Shown here: one piece after another, positions 40,196 through 50,492 of the stretch
Layout of the letters: each line of letters opens with the position of its first letter
Position numbering within the stretch: the first letter of the stretch is position 1
DNA from: an uncultured Phycisphaerales bacterium
Lineage (GTDB): Bacteria > Planctomycetota > Phycisphaerae > Phycisphaerales > SM1A02
NCBI GenBank assembly: GCA_938084645.1
Contig: CALKEP010000010.1
Coordinates: forward strand, 1-64,000
DNA: 64,000 nt
Reading direction: 5' to 3'
The notes under the pieces: model-generated
What the model saw: only the letters and a program-made list of their open reading frames with translations
Told to the model about the DNA's origin: nothing
The model's database searches: none
Program-made: the position numbers and the translations under genes

Positions 40196-43100
40196 TCAAC
40201 CGGTGGAGAGCGAGGTCGAATCCCGAGGCATGGATTCCTCGGGTTCCTTCGCCCCGGTACTCCAGGTGAGCGGTGCGGCGATGACGACCGAGGAGTACGT
40301 CGCGGCGACCAGTCCCACGAAGAACGTGAAGGCGAACGGTCGGATGCCGGTCCCACCGAGCGAATAGAGCACGATCGCGGAGGTGATCGTGGTGCCACTG
40401 GTCATGATCGTCCGACTGAACGTCTGGTTGATCGAATTGTTGACCACGCCGCGGGAAGCGTAACTGAGCTTGCCTCGGTTCTCACGGATCCGGTCGAGGA
40501 TCACGATGGTGTCGTTCAGCGAATAGCCCACGATGGTGAGGAGGCCGGCCACCACGTTCAGGTCGATCCGGAACTCGTCGAGGAGCCGGAAGCCGCCGAT
40601 GGTGCGTTCGCCGATCGTGAGGCTCAGGGCGATCGCGCCGAGGCAGATGCTGATGTTGAAGACGAGTGCGGCGATCGCGCAGACCGAGTACCGCAGCGAC
40701 CCGAAACGGAACCAGATGTAGACCAGCATCCCGAGGAGACTCAGGATCACCGCGACGATCGCGCTGGCCGCGAGGTTCTGTGCCACCTTCGGCGAGAAGC
40801 TCGACTGATCGAGACTCGCTTCCCGCGTCAACGCCGCCAGGAGAAGTTCGTATTCCCGTTGGGCGAGTCCGCGATCCCAGGTTCCGAGCGCGACCTCGAA
40901 ACTCGAAAGCGAATCGTCGAAGACCATCACCGCGATCTCGCGGTGGGCCCCGTCTTCGGGCTTGTCGAGTCCGACGACCTCGACGTCGCGACCGGCGGTG
41001 TCCGCGAAGTCGGGCTGGTTGCGCATCCGCTTGATGCGTTCCGCCGCGTCCTCCGGGGTGATCGGCGGTGAAATGCCGTCGATCACCACGGCGACACCGC
41101 CCCGGAAGGCATCGACCGGCATGGCCGCACCATCACGGCCGATCGATTCGCCGAGGGTCTTCCGCTCGAGCGAGAAGGTGTGGCTGCTGTGGTCCGGATC
41201 GTCCTCCGCCGGGAAGTGCACCGGCTGGGTGACCGCGAGCACGTCGCCGAACCGGTCGACGATCTCCGCGACGATCGCATCCGCGATGTTGTCGTCCTCG
41301 TCCATCGAGGGCGGATTGGCGACCTTCACCTGGAAGCTCGCCGCTTCGTTCTCATCGGTGGTCGTGCCGACGGTGAGAATCGTGGCGTTGGAGAGCTGGG
41401 CGAGCGTCGGGTCGTCGGGGTTCTCGTCGCCGATCGCGTGGATCCGCGCTTCGACGTCGCTCCGGGCGAGCAGCAGGCGGCCCGCGAGATCGCGTTCCGA
41501 GCCCGCTCGTTCGCCGTCGACCGCGGCACGCGTGGTCATCTTGACGCTGACGCCGCCTCGGAACTCCGTCTCCAGCACGTCGGCACCGGCCGAGAAGAAG
41601 AGCGCGAGCGAGCCGACGGCGAGGATGGCGCTCAGCAGGAGCATGGGGCCGCGGGCGGAGACCCAGTCGATCTTCGGCTCGAGGAGACGGTGAATCGAGG
41701 GGAACACCGTCGGCAGCATCGGAAGCGACCGGATCTTGAAGACGTCGGTGCAGACCGCGAAGAGCACGCGGCTGACGAAGAGCGACGTGAAGAGCGTCGC
41801 GAGCACGCCGATCGACAGCGTGAGGGCGAATCCCTTCACTTCGGTCGCGGCGGTCTGGTAGAGGATGAAGCAGACGATGAGGTTGGTGATGTTGCCGTCG
41901 AGAATCGCGCTCGCGGCCTTGCCGAAGCCGAGCCGGATCGCGTCGCGGAGATCCTCCTGGTTGTTCACCAGTTCCTCGCGGATGCGCTCGAAGATCAGCA
42001 CGTTCGCATCCACCGCCATGCCCACGGTCAGCGCGATCCCGGCGAGTCCGGGCAGCGTGAAGGTGCCGTCGATCATCGCCATGATCCCGAAGATCATGAC
42101 GGCGTTGATCATCAGCGAGATGTCCGCGATCAGCCCCGCACCGAAGTAGTACAGGATCATGATCAACGCGACGATTCCGACCGAGATCGCGACCGCTTCG
42201 AGACCTCGGACGAGGTTGTCCTGGCCGATGGCCGGCCCGAGGATGCTGGTCGAGATGGGTTCGCTGCTCAGGCGGGCTTCGAGGCTGCCGGCCGCGAGCA
42301 CGCGGATCAGGTACGTGATTTCGGCTTCACCGAAGTTGCCCTGGATGATGCCGCTCGACCCGATCGCGGAATTCAGGTTCGGTGCGGTGTACACCTCGCC
42401 GTCGAGCACGATCGCCATCGGCTGGTTCACGTTCGGCGAGGTGAGCCGTCGCATCCTCGCACCGCCGGGGCTGTCGAGGCCGAAGGCCACCGCGGGGCGA
42501 CCAAGGTCGTCGATCGACCGGCTCGCGCGGCGGATCGCCCACGAATCGCCGTCGGTGTGCGTCATGCTCTTCTCGGGCGTGACGTACAGGAGGACGTACT
42601 GCTTGCCGTCCTTCTCGGCCGCGACGAGTCCGTAGCGGTTCTTGAAGTACGAGACGGGATCGGCCAGCAGCGCTTCGACCGTCTCGGGCTTGTCCTCGTC
42701 GGTCCACTGCTTGAGATCGTTGATCGCGAACCAGCGGGCGATCGGCGAATCGGTGTTGTTGGGGCCTCGCTCCGCGAGCTGTTCGCGAAGCAGCGTGACC
42801 GGGACGTCCATCGCCCCGTCCTTCACCGCGATTCGGAATTCCAGCACGCCGGCACCGCGGAGAAGTCGCTTGAGATCCTCGGGGTCGTCGAGTCCGGTCC
42901 GCTGGGCCTCGAAGTCGGCGTAGGTCGAACGAAGGGTCTCGATCTCCGCCTGGAGGTGCGGGAACTCGGCCTGGAGCTCGGCGAACGCGACGGCGCGGTC
43001 GCTCGTCGAGGCGTCGAGTTCGCCGTCGTCTCCCCGCGTCTTCGCGGTGCCGTCGAGGGCCAGGATGTTGAAGAGTCGGTCGTCGCCGAAGGTCTGGGAG

Positions 43101-43696
43101 AGAATCGTGTTCTCGAGGTTCTCGACCGTGATCTCCGAACGGGCGATGCGGTCGAGGAGTCCGTCCACCGTCGCCTCGTCGACGGGATCCGCGGCTTCCG
43201 CCGCCGCGAGCTCCCCGCGGGCGTCGCGGGCGTCGTTCCACGCCGCCTGGAGCCGCGTGAACTCCGCTCGGCGGGCGTCGGTGCCGCCGAACCGTTCCAC
43301 GGCATCCCCTGCCTCGAGGGACGCCTCCAGCTCGCTCGGCCGGATTCGGGAGACCGCGAGCAAGGCGTCGAGCGCATCTCGATAGGTCTGCTGCAATGCT
43401 CGGACGTCGTCGTTCGGCAGCGGCATGACGACCTCGATGCGGTCGCGGCCGACCGGCTGCATCGCGATGTCCAGGATGCCCTGCGGGTTCACACGCTGCT
43501 TCAGCACGTCGATCGTCTGTGCCAGCACCTCGTCCGGATCCGAGTCGTCCGCGACCTTGACGGCGTAGATGAGGCTCACGCCGCCCTGGAGATCCTTCCC
43601 GAGCCGGATCTTCGTCTTGGGCGGGTAGACCGCCCAGACGCAGACGCCAACGATCAGGCCGATCAGGATGAGACTCTGGGGGATGTTGTTCTTCAT
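40196..43696 (-). CDS. secDF: Fused protein translocase subunit SecDF
   Basis: LGKDLQGG, AIVLDGEV, GMAVDANVLIFERIREE, DGNIT, EFRGG, GYSLNDTIVILDRIREN, SRTIMTS. Confidence 0.97.
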   Translation of the reverse strand: MKNNIPQSLILIGLIVGVCVWAVYPPKTKIRLGKDLQGGVSLIYAVKVADDSDPDEVLAQTIDVLKQRVNPQGILDIAMQPVGRDRIEVVMPLPNDDVRALQQTYRDALDALLAVSRIRPSELEASLEAGDAVERFGGTDARRAEFTRLQAAWNDARDARGELAAAEAADPVDEATVDGLLDRIARSEITVENLENTILSQTFGDDRLFNILALDGTAKTRGDDGELDASTSDRAVAFAELQAEFPHLQAEIETLRSTYADFEAQRTGLDDPEDLKRLLRGAGVLEFRIAVKDGAMDVPVTLLREQLAERGPNNTDSPIARWFAINDLKQWTDEDKPETVEALLADPVSYFKNRYGLVAAEKDGKQYVLLYVTPEKSMTHTDGDSWAIRRASRSIDDLGRPAVAFGLDSPGGARMRRLTSPNVNQPMAIVLDGEVYTAPNLNSAIGSSGIIQGNFGEAEITYLIRVLAAGSLEARLSSEPISTSILGPAIGQDNLVRGLEAVAISVGIVALIMILYYFGAGLIADISLMINAVMIFGIMAMIDGTFTLPGLAGIALTVGMAVDANVLIFERIREELVNNQEDLRDAIRLGFGKAASAILDGNITNLIVCFILYQTAATEVKGFALTLSIGVLATLFTSLFVSRVLFAVCTDVFKIRSLPMLPTVFPSIHRLLEPKIDWVSARGPMLLLSAILAVGSLALFFSAGADVLETEFRGGVSVKMTTRAAVDGERAGSERDLAGRLLLARSDVEARIHAIGDENPDDPTLAQLSNATILTVGTTTDENEAASFQVKVANPPSMDEDDNIADAIVAEIVDRFGDVLAVTQPVHFPAEDDPDHSSHTFSLERKTLGESIGRDGAAMPVDAFRGGVAVVIDGISPPITPEDAAERIKRMRNQPDFADTAGRDVEVVGLDKPEDGAHREIAVMVFDDSLSSFEVALGTWDRGLAQREYELLLAALTREASLDQSSFSPKVAQNLAASAIVAVILSLLGMLVYIWFRFGSLRYSVCAIAALVFNISICLGAIALSLTIGERTIGGFRLLDEFRIDLNVVAGLLTIVGYSLNDTIVILDRIRENRGKLSYASRGVVNNSINQTFSRTIMTSGTTITSAIVLYSLGGTGIRPFAFTFFVGLVAATYSSVVIAAPLTWSTGAKEPEESMPRDSTSLSTG

Positions 43697-43769
43697 TGGG
43701 GGATCGACGAACGTTGGTGTTGAGGCGGTTGGGCGTGGTTCAGAGGGCCGTCGGCGGCGTGCCGGGGGC

Positions 43770-44198
43770 TCATTCGGACTCGAGCACCTGCTGCACGGAA
43801 TCGCGTGCGAAGGTCATTCTCGTGTTGCTGCTCTCGTCGACCTTGAGCACGACGGTGTCGGCGTCGAGTTCGACCACCGAGCCGATCACGCCACCGATGG
43901 TGCGGATGCGGTCGTGCTTCTTGACACTGCTGAGAAGGGCCTCCCGCTTCTTCCGCTCCTTGCGCTGTCCGAAGACGCTGAAGAGGATCATCACGAGGAT
44001 GAGCGGCAGGAACATGAAGAGCAGGAAGTCACCGCCGCCGGGCTCGGCCTGCGTGGCGACGGGATCTCCACCGGCGGCACCGTCGGCGGCCATGGTTCCG
44101 GTGCCCTGGCGTCCGAGTGGAGGCGTGGCTTGCCCGAGGAGGCCGGGCATGGCGGGCGGGAAGGAGATCGTGAGGTCGGCTTGATGGGAGGAGGTCAT
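43770..44198 (-). CDS. yajC: Preprotein translocase subunit YajC
   Basis: Single TM, QRKERKKR, KKHDRIRTIGGVIGSV; located between tgt and secDF. Confidence 0.95.
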   Translation of the reverse strand: MTSSHQADLTISFPPAMPGLLGQATPPLGRQGTGTMAADGAAGGDPVATQAEPGGGDFLLFMFLPLILVMILFSVFGQRKERKKREALLSSVKKHDRIRTIGGVIGSVVELDADTVVLKVDESSNTRMTFARDSVQQVLESE

Positions 44199-45460
44199 GA
44201 TGTCTTCGAGCCTTCGGCGTCGGGATTCGGCCCCGCACCGTCGGAGGACGATGCGACCGACGACCCGTCAGCGGCCTTCCGAAGGCCGTCGGGGGCGTCG
44301 AGAACCGGCCAGCGGCCGGAGAGCGAAGACCAGGAATCATCCCGGATCGCGGCTCGGATGTCCAGCAGCAGCCTTTGGAAGTGGCGAAGGTTGTGCAGGC
44401 TGCACAGGATCGGGCCCACCATCTCACCGGCGAAGAAGCAGTGCCGGAGGTAGGCCCGGCTGAATCCTCCGCCGCACGCCGGACAGTCGCATTCGGGGTC
44501 GATGGGTCCTTGATCCTCTCGAAATCGGGCGTGACGAAGCCGGAGCGGCCCCTGGGTGGTGAAGACCGAGGCCATTCGCCCGTTGCGGGTCGGAAGGACG
44601 CAGTCGAACATGTCGACCCCGGCCGCCACGGCCATCGCGATATCCCGCTCGTAGCCGACGCCCATGAGATATCGGGGCCGGTCCTCGGGAAGCCGAGGGG
44701 CGGTGAATTCGACGATTTTCCGGATGAGTTCCGGTCCTTCCCCCACCGCCACCCCACCGATGGCGTAGCCGGGCAGGTCGATGCCGCACACGCCGTCGAT
44801 CGACGCCGCACGTCGATCGAGGTCCGTGCCGCCCTGCACGATGCCGAAGAGGGCCTGTTCGTCGGGACGACGGTGGGCCCGGACGCATCGTTCGAGCCAT
44901 CGAATGGTGCGTTCGTTCGCGGTGCGAAGCCGGGCGTCCCAGTCCTTGGGCTCCGGGATTCTCGTCCGCGGGCTTCCCGACCCGTGTCGGGCGTGCGGCG
45001 AGGGCGGACAGTCGTCGAATGCCATGATGATGTCGGCACCGATCGCGTTCTGGACCGCCATCGAGGACTCCGGGCCGAGATGGACTCGGGCGCCGTCGAC
45101 GAACGACTTGAAGGTCACGCCGTCCTCGTCGATCGCGTTGATGTCCGACATCGAGAACGCCTGGTACCCGCCCGAGTCGGTGAGGATGGGGCCGTCCCAC
45201 CGCATGAAGCGATGGCTTCCGCCGAACCGCTCCAGAAGTTCGGTGCCCGGACGAAGCATCAGGTGGTAGGCGTTGTTCAGCAGGATCTCGGAACCGGTGT
45301 CCCGGACCTGCGACGGCAGGACGCCCTTCATCGCCGCCGCGGTGGCGACGGGCATGAAGGCCGGTGTGCTGAAGTCGCCGTGTGGGGTGCTGACGGTGCC
45401 GGTCCGCGCCGAGTTCGTGGAGCAGCGCGACTCGACCTTGAATCGGAGCGGGCCGCTCAA
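44195..45460 (-). CDS. tgt: tRNA-guanine transglycosylase
   Basis: TPAFMPVAT, NAYHL, TDSGGYQ, GIVQGG, RPRYLMGVG, DMFDCVLPTR, CDCPAC...YLRH, HN. Confidence 0.97.
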   Translation of the reverse strand: MSGPLRFKVESRCSTNSARTGTVSTPHGDFSTPAFMPVATAAAMKGVLPSQVRDTGSEILLNNAYHLMLRPGTELLERFGGSHRFMRWDGPILTDSGGYQAFSMSDINAIDEDGVTFKSFVDGARVHLGPESSMAVQNAIGADIIMAFDDCPPSPHARHGSGSPRTRIPEPKDWDARLRTANERTIRWLERCVRAHRRPDEQALFGIVQGGTDLDRRAASIDGVCGIDLPGYAIGGVAVGEGPELIRKIVEFTAPRLPEDRPRYLMGVGYERDIAMAVAAGVDMFDCVLPTRNGRMASVFTTQGPLRLRHARFREDQGPIDPECDCPACGGGFSRAYLRHCFFAGEMVGPILCSLHNLRHFQRLLLDIRAAIRDDSWSSLSGRWPVLDAPDGLRKAADGSSVASSSDGAGPNPDAEGSKTS

Positions 45461-46710
45461 CGCCGTGACGCCTCGCGAAGGGTCTTCTTCTCCTTCGACG
45501 TGAGGCTCTGCAGGCCGTTGGCATGGATCTTCGCGAGAATCCGATCGATCTCGCTGTCGGCCACCTTCGAGACGCCCGATCCGCGCACCTTGCCGGCCCG
45601 ATAGGCCGCGCCGCTCCGACTGGTGGGGTCGTACCGCCCGAGGAAATCGAAGAAACCATGCAGGCTGTGCGGGTGACGGATGAACCAGAAACCCGCGACC
45701 GCACCCCCGATGTGAGCCGCTTCACCGCCGGCGTTGTCGCTGCCGAAGATCACCGAGAAGAGCGCCAGCCCGACCAGCCCGTACGCCATCGTCGAGAGGC
45801 GCATCGGGATCACGAAGAACAGAAGGACCCGCGCGGTCGGCATCAGGAACGCGGAGGCGATCACCACGCCGAACACGCCCGCGCTGGCACCGACGAGCGG
45901 AAGCCCGGGATCGTTGACCAGAAGCACGGGGAACTCACGGCCGGTCAGTTGGAGCGCCGTCCATCCCGCGAAGTTCAGGAGGAGGTAGGCGCCGGCTCCG
46001 GCCATTCCGCAGAGGAGATAGAACGCGAGGTATCGCTTCCTTCCCAGGTACTGCTCGACCATGCTCCCGAAGAAGTAGAGCCCGATCATGTTGAACAACA
46101 GGTGGGTCAGATTCGCGTGGAGGAACTGGAAACTGATGAAACGCCAGAACTCGAACCCTCGCAGCCCCCAGAATTCATCGAGTTGGAGCAGGGCCCGCGC
46201 CGTGGAGAAGTAGCCGTAGGTCCAGATCGGGCCCTTGATCGCCACCTCTTCGAAGAGCTGGAGCGTTCCCTTCCGGGTGGTTCCCGCCTCGTCCCGGATG
46301 GTGTAGGACCCGGTGGCGAGCCTCGGGCCGTTGTCGGTCTCCTCGAGGATCGGGATCGAGTAGAAGCCCCGGGGATTCGAAGGCAGCCCCGGAATCGCCG
46401 TCGGTCGACCGCCGGGAGGCGCCGCCGTGAAGACGGGCCAGCGTCCCTCCTTGATCTGCGCGAGCGAGGGAAGTCGCAGGGCGGTGCGATCCACCGGATC
46501 GAGCACGGCGCCCTCCGGCAGACCCGGGGCCATCGAACGCAGCGGCGCGATGGTCGGTGGCAGGAACTGGTCGAGGACGAACACCGCGATGCAGATCGTG
46601 ATGATCCAGCGGTTGATCGACCACGTTCGAGGGCCTCCCCCGCCTCCGCCGGGCCGGAATCGCTCCGGCTGGCCACTCGATCTCGCGTAATCTCGGTCGT
46701 AGACGCCCAT
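45457..46710 (-). CDS. Rhomboid intramembrane serine protease with C-terminal DUF6576-like domain
   Basis: WRFISFQFLH, HLLFNM, GASAG (Ser), AHIGG (His); tail EIDRILAKIHANGLQSLTSKE. Confidence 0.92.
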   Translation of the reverse strand: MGVYDRDYARSSGQPERFRPGGGGGGPRTWSINRWIITICIAVFVLDQFLPPTIAPLRSMAPGLPEGAVLDPVDRTALRLPSLAQIKEGRWPVFTAAPPGGRPTAIPGLPSNPRGFYSIPILEETDNGPRLATGSYTIRDEAGTTRKGTLQLFEEVAIKGPIWTYGYFSTARALLQLDEFWGLRGFEFWRFISFQFLHANLTHLLFNMIGLYFFGSMVEQYLGRKRYLAFYLLCGMAGAGAYLLLNFAGWTALQLTGREFPVLLVNDPGLPLVGASAGVFGVVIASAFLMPTARVLLFFVIPMRLSTMAYGLVGLALFSVIFGSDNAGGEAAHIGGAVAGFWFIRHPHSLHGFFDFLGRYDPTSRSGAAYRAGKVRGSGVSKVADSEIDRILAKIHANGLQSLTSKEKKTLREASRR

Positions 46711-46738
46711 GGAGGGGGGAGTCTAACCAAGGGACGGT

Positions 46739-47824
46739 TCAGCGGTCGGAATCACCGGAATCCTCCGGCGCGGGCCGCTCCCGGCGACGCCGGGTCGCCG
46801 CATCGAGCACGGCTCGCTCCTGCTCGTCCAGTGACGCGAGTCCGCTCGTGTTGATCTTGGCGAGAATCCGATCCATCTCCGCCTCCGCCGCGTCGACGGC
46901 CGCGATCCGGCGCTCGTCGAGACGGCGGACGGACTCCGCATCGGCTTCGGCGGACTGCTGGTCCAGCAGGGCGTCGAGGCGAAGGTCCACGACCTCGGGT
47001 ACGCCGCCACCGACCGCATCCGCGATCGCCTCCAGCCGTCGATGCTCGCGATGCAGACAGGCCGCGGAGAGCAGGGCCACGAGCACGAGCACCGCATTGA
47101 GGGCGAGGATGCCGAGGACGCCCAGCGCCACGGTGGCGACCACCCCCACACGATGGGTGTATCGCCGGGCACGGGCGTTTCCGACCCTCGGCAGCATCAC
47201 CGCCTCGAGCATCGAGGCGCCCCGGAACGGCGGGGCCGGCAGCAGGTTGGCACCACTCACGAGGATGGCCGCGACGCCGAAGAGGTACAGGGACTCGAGC
47301 CACGCGGACGTCGCGATTTCAGGCGAATAGATGCCCGTGAACCCGAACGGATCCGGCGAGGGCGCGACGTCCGTGCCGTAGACGAGCCCCGCCATCGCGG
47401 CCACGGCGAGCAGGAGCGTGAGAAGCGGGCCGGATGCGGAGATCAGGAGCGCCGACCGCCAGTCGTCCGGCATCACGAGCGTCTCCATGCCGCCGAGCGG
47501 CTGAAGCACGATCTCGGGCATGTCGCCACCCAGCCGCCGGGCCATGAGCAGGGTCACCCACTCATGAACGAAGACGCATCCGCACAAGGATGCGAGAAAG
47601 ACCGCGGCCGGCAGCGGCCCCAGCAGAAAACTCGAATCCCCGGAGAACCAGCCGGCACGGAAGAGGATCGTCACCACCGTGCCCAGCAGCACCGCATGCG
47701 CCCGAACGATCGTGCCGCCGAGGCGAAGCACCGGGACCGACCACGACAGTGGATCGCCGAACCGAGGTCCGGAGGCGTGGCTCCGGAGCCCCCCGTTCCG
47801 CGCCTGGCCGCCATTCATCTTCAT
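46739..47824 (-). CDS. Site-2 protease (M50)-fold membrane protein, degenerate active site, DUF6576-like tail
   Basis: WSVPV.R, VHEWVT at the HExxH position, LQPLGG, ISASGP, NLLPAPPFRG at the NxxPxxxxDG position; tail EMDRILAKINTSGLASL; ATGA overlap with the NUDIX gene. Confidence 0.8.
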   Translation of the reverse strand: MKMNGGQARNGGLRSHASGPRFGDPLSWSVPVLRLGGTIVRAHAVLLGTVVTILFRAGWFSGDSSFLLGPLPAAVFLASLCGCVFVHEWVTLLMARRLGGDMPEIVLQPLGGMETLVMPDDWRSALLISASGPLLTLLLAVAAMAGLVYGTDVAPSPDPFGFTGIYSPEIATSAWLESLYLFGVAAILVSGANLLPAPPFRGASMLEAVMLPRVGNARARRYTHRVGVVATVALGVLGILALNAVLVLVALLSAACLHREHRRLEAIADAVGGGVPEVVDLRLDALLDQQSAEADAESVRRLDERRIAAVDAAEAEMDRILAKINTSGLASLDEQERAVLDAATRRRRERPAPEDSGDSDR

Positions 47825-48420
47825 TCCGGCCATGTACCACCTCCGGACTGGCGGGCTCGAAAGAGATGCCACGCGGTGATGCTCTTGCCGTCGTCCAGGC
47901 TTCCGTCGAGGATCGCGGCGTCGATCGAGGCCGGCGACATCGGAATCACCTCGATCTCCTCGCCCGGTTCGAGCCGACGCGGGACGGGCTCGAGTCCGGT
48001 CGCGACGAAGGCGTGCATTCGCTCGTCACAGAATCCCGGGCTCGTGTAATAGGCCCCGATCGCGTCGATGCGTCCGGCCCGGCGGCCGACCTCCTCCTCG
48101 AGCTCCCGGCCCGCGGCGAGATCGGGGCATTCACCGGGTTCGAGTTTTCCGGCGCAGAACTCGAGGAGCATCCGACCCACCGGAAGCCGGCCGACCCGGA
48201 TCATGAGGATGGTCCCGTCGGATTCGACCGGGATGACCGTGACCGCCCCCGGGTGTCGGACGACGTCCTTGCGAATCCATCGGCCGTCGACCTCGAATTC
48301 CCGGCGCTCGACCCGGATCACCGGGCCCTCGTGGGTGACCACCGGCTCGCTGCCGATGCCTGCGGGGATCCCTCGATCTCCGGCTCGAACGTCGTCATTC
48401 GATTCGTGACGCGTTTGCAT
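47821..48420 (-). CDS. NUDIX hydrolase (ADP-ribose pyrophosphatase-like)
   Basis: VRHPGAV, Nudix box AGKLEPGECPDLAAGRELEEEVG, YTSPGFCDE, DGKS; start uncertain. Confidence 0.9.
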   Translation of the reverse strand: MQTRHESNDDVRAGDRGIPAGIGSEPVVTHEGPVIRVERREFEVDGRWIRKDVVRHPGAVTVIPVESDGTILMIRVGRLPVGRMLLEFCAGKLEPGECPDLAAGRELEEEVGRRAGRIDAIGAYYTSPGFCDERMHAFVATGLEPVPRRLEPGEEIEVIPMSPASIDAAILDGSLDDGKSITAWHLFRARQSGGGTWPE

Positions 48421-48448
48421 CTGGCGCTCCTGTGGAGATGATACGTCC

Positions 48449-49273
48449 ATGCCTTCGATTTCCGAGGAATCAAAACCCCCGATCGTGTCCCTTCGGGGGA
48501 TCAAGAAGAGCTTCGACGGGCGTCCGGTGCTTCAAGGGCTGGATCTCGACGTCAAGACCGGGCGTTCGCTGGTGATCATGGGGCCGAGCGGATGCGGAAA
48601 GAGCGTGCTTCTCAAGCACATCGTCGGTTTGCTCCGGCCGGATTCGGGTGAAGTCCGTTTCCACGGTCAACGCATCGACGACACCAACGAACGCGGACTC
48701 CGACCCATCCGACGGCGAATCGGCTTCCTCTTCCAGGGGGCGGCCCTCTTCGATTCGATGACGGTTCGGGACAACGTCGCATTCCCGCTGCTCGAGACCG
48801 GGCAGGCGGGCCCGGATCTGGAGGCCCGGGTCCGCGAGACCCTTGATCGGGTCGGGCTCGCAGACACCCTCGACAAGATGCCTGCGGAACTCTCCGGCGG
48901 CATGCGGAAGCGCGTGGGTCTCGCGCGGGCGATCGTGCTCGAGCCGGAAATGGTGCTGTACGACGAGCCGACCACCGGCCTCGATCCGATCCGGGCGAAC
49001 GTCATCAACGATCTCATCGTCCGGCTTCAACGTGAATTGAACATCACCAGCGTCGTCGTGACGCACGATCTCGACTCCGCCTTCCAGGTCGCGGACCGGA
49101 TGGTCCTTCTGCACGAGGGCCGGGTTCGCATGGAGGGCACGCCCGACGAGATGCGGCACACCACGGATCGAGTGGCCCGGGCCTTCCTCGAGGGCCGTGA
49201 GATGGTCGATGACCTCCAGCCCGACGTGGCGGGCGTGCAGGGATCGCCGGAACGTGAGACACTGATCCCATGA
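48449..49273 (+). CDS. mlaF: MlaF/Mkl-type ABC ATPase
   Basis: GPSGCGKS, FQGAALFDSMTV, LSGGMRKRV, LYDEPTTGLDP, VTHD; next to an MCE gene. Confidence 0.88.
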   Translation: MPSISEESKPPIVSLRGIKKSFDGRPVLQGLDLDVKTGRSLVIMGPSGCGKSVLLKHIVGLLRPDSGEVRFHGQRIDDTNERGLRPIRRRIGFLFQGAALFDSMTVRDNVAFPLLETGQAGPDLEARVRETLDRVGLADTLDKMPAELSGGMRKRVGLARAIVLEPEMVLYDEPTTGLDPIRANVINDLIVRLQRELNITSVVVTHDLDSAFQVADRMVLLHEGRVRMEGTPDEMRHTTDRVARAFLEGREMVDDLQPDVAGVQGSPERETLIP

Positions 49274-50274
49274 AGGACCGGTACAGAGACGCCATCATCG
49301 GCCTCGCGGCCATCGCGGGAGTCGCGGCATGCGTGACGATGCTGCTCGCGTTCGGCTCGCTTCGCGAGATGACCCGGAACTCCTACGAGGTCACGGTGCG
49401 GCTCAATCGGGCGGGCGGACTGCGGTACGGCAGCCAGGTGACGCTCGACGGCGTTCCGATCGGCGTCGTGGAGCGGGTGTCGCTCGAAATGGAGTACCAG
49501 CGTCCCGTGCGGCTCGAGTGCCGGCTCGACGAGTGGGTCCGCATTCCCGTGGACCATCTCGTGCGGGTCGAGACGGCGTTGATCGGCGGCGGAACGAGAC
49601 TGGCCCTCATGTCCCTCGATCCCGTCGCGGACCGGGCGGTCTTCGATCCTTCCTCGGTACCACCCCTCACCGGCGAATTCCAATCGCTCGATGAAGCACT
49701 CGTCCAGGCCCTCGACTCCAAGATGCTCCCGGTGACCGAGAGCTTCCGCGAAGTGGGCACCCTCGCCGGCATCTACGGCGATCTCGGTCAGCGGATCAAC
49801 GAGATGATGGCGGCGGATGCGGAGGACGAAGCCGGTCTCGCCGCATCGGTGGTCCGCATCAACCGAACCCTCGCGGAAGCCGAACGCGCGTTCCAGGCCG
49901 CGGGTGACTGGCTGGCGGACGAGCAGCTTCAGGAGGACGCACGCCAGGCCGTCTTCAAGGCGAATCTCTTCATCGAGCGGGCCTCGGAAGCCGCGGTCGC
50001 CGCTGGTTCGCTGGCGACGGATCTCGGCAAGGAGGCGCCGGCCCTGCTCGCGCGGCTCGGGACGACGGCCGACGCCGTCGACCGGACGCTGTCCGATGTC
50101 CGCGGGGTGCTGCGGCAGATGGGCGAGGGCGAAGGCACGATCGGACGATTGCTTCAGGACCCCGCCCTCTACGAGGACCTCGACGACGCGGCACGACGGC
50201 TCGACGTCACGCTCGCGACCCTGCAAAGCCTCATCGACGCGGTGAAGGCGGAAGGGGTCAAGATCGAGTTCTAG
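49270..50274 (+). CDS. mlaD: MlaD/MCE-family protein
   Basis: N-terminal TM, AGGLRYGSQVTLDGVPIGVV, helical tail, GEGTIGRLLQDPALY. Confidence 0.88.
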   Translation: MKDRYRDAIIGLAAIAGVAACVTMLLAFGSLREMTRNSYEVTVRLNRAGGLRYGSQVTLDGVPIGVVERVSLEMEYQRPVRLECRLDEWVRIPVDHLVRVETALIGGGTRLALMSLDPVADRAVFDPSSVPPLTGEFQSLDEALVQALDSKMLPVTESFREVGTLAGIYGDLGQRINEMMAADAEDEAGLAASVVRINRTLAEAERAFQAAGDWLADEQLQEDARQAVFKANLFIERASEAAVAAGSLATDLGKEAPALLARLGTTADAVDRTLSDVRGVLRQMGEGEGTIGRLLQDPALYEDLDDAARRLDVTLATLQSLIDAVKAEGVKIEF

Positions 50275-50419
50275 CGGTCTCGGCGAACCGCCCGGAGAGG
50301 ACGTGCATCTCCCCCGTCCGCCATCATTCACGCTGCCCCCGACTCGGCCCTGCATCGAGTCCCCCGAGCGTGCCTCGTCACCGCACCGAGGAGCAGCCGA
50401 CGAGGATGCGACCGAAACG

Positions 50420-50453
50420 GAACGGGACCCCGGCATCCGCCGGGGTCCCGTTC
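50420..50453. terminator. Hairpin between convergent genes, probable terminator
   Basis: Perfect 15-bp stem GAACGGGACCCCGGC/GCCGGGGTCCCGTTC with loop ATCC. Confidence 0.7.
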
Positions 50454-50492
50454 TCCATTCGTGCTTCGGTACGAAGCCGGTCGCCCGATCGA

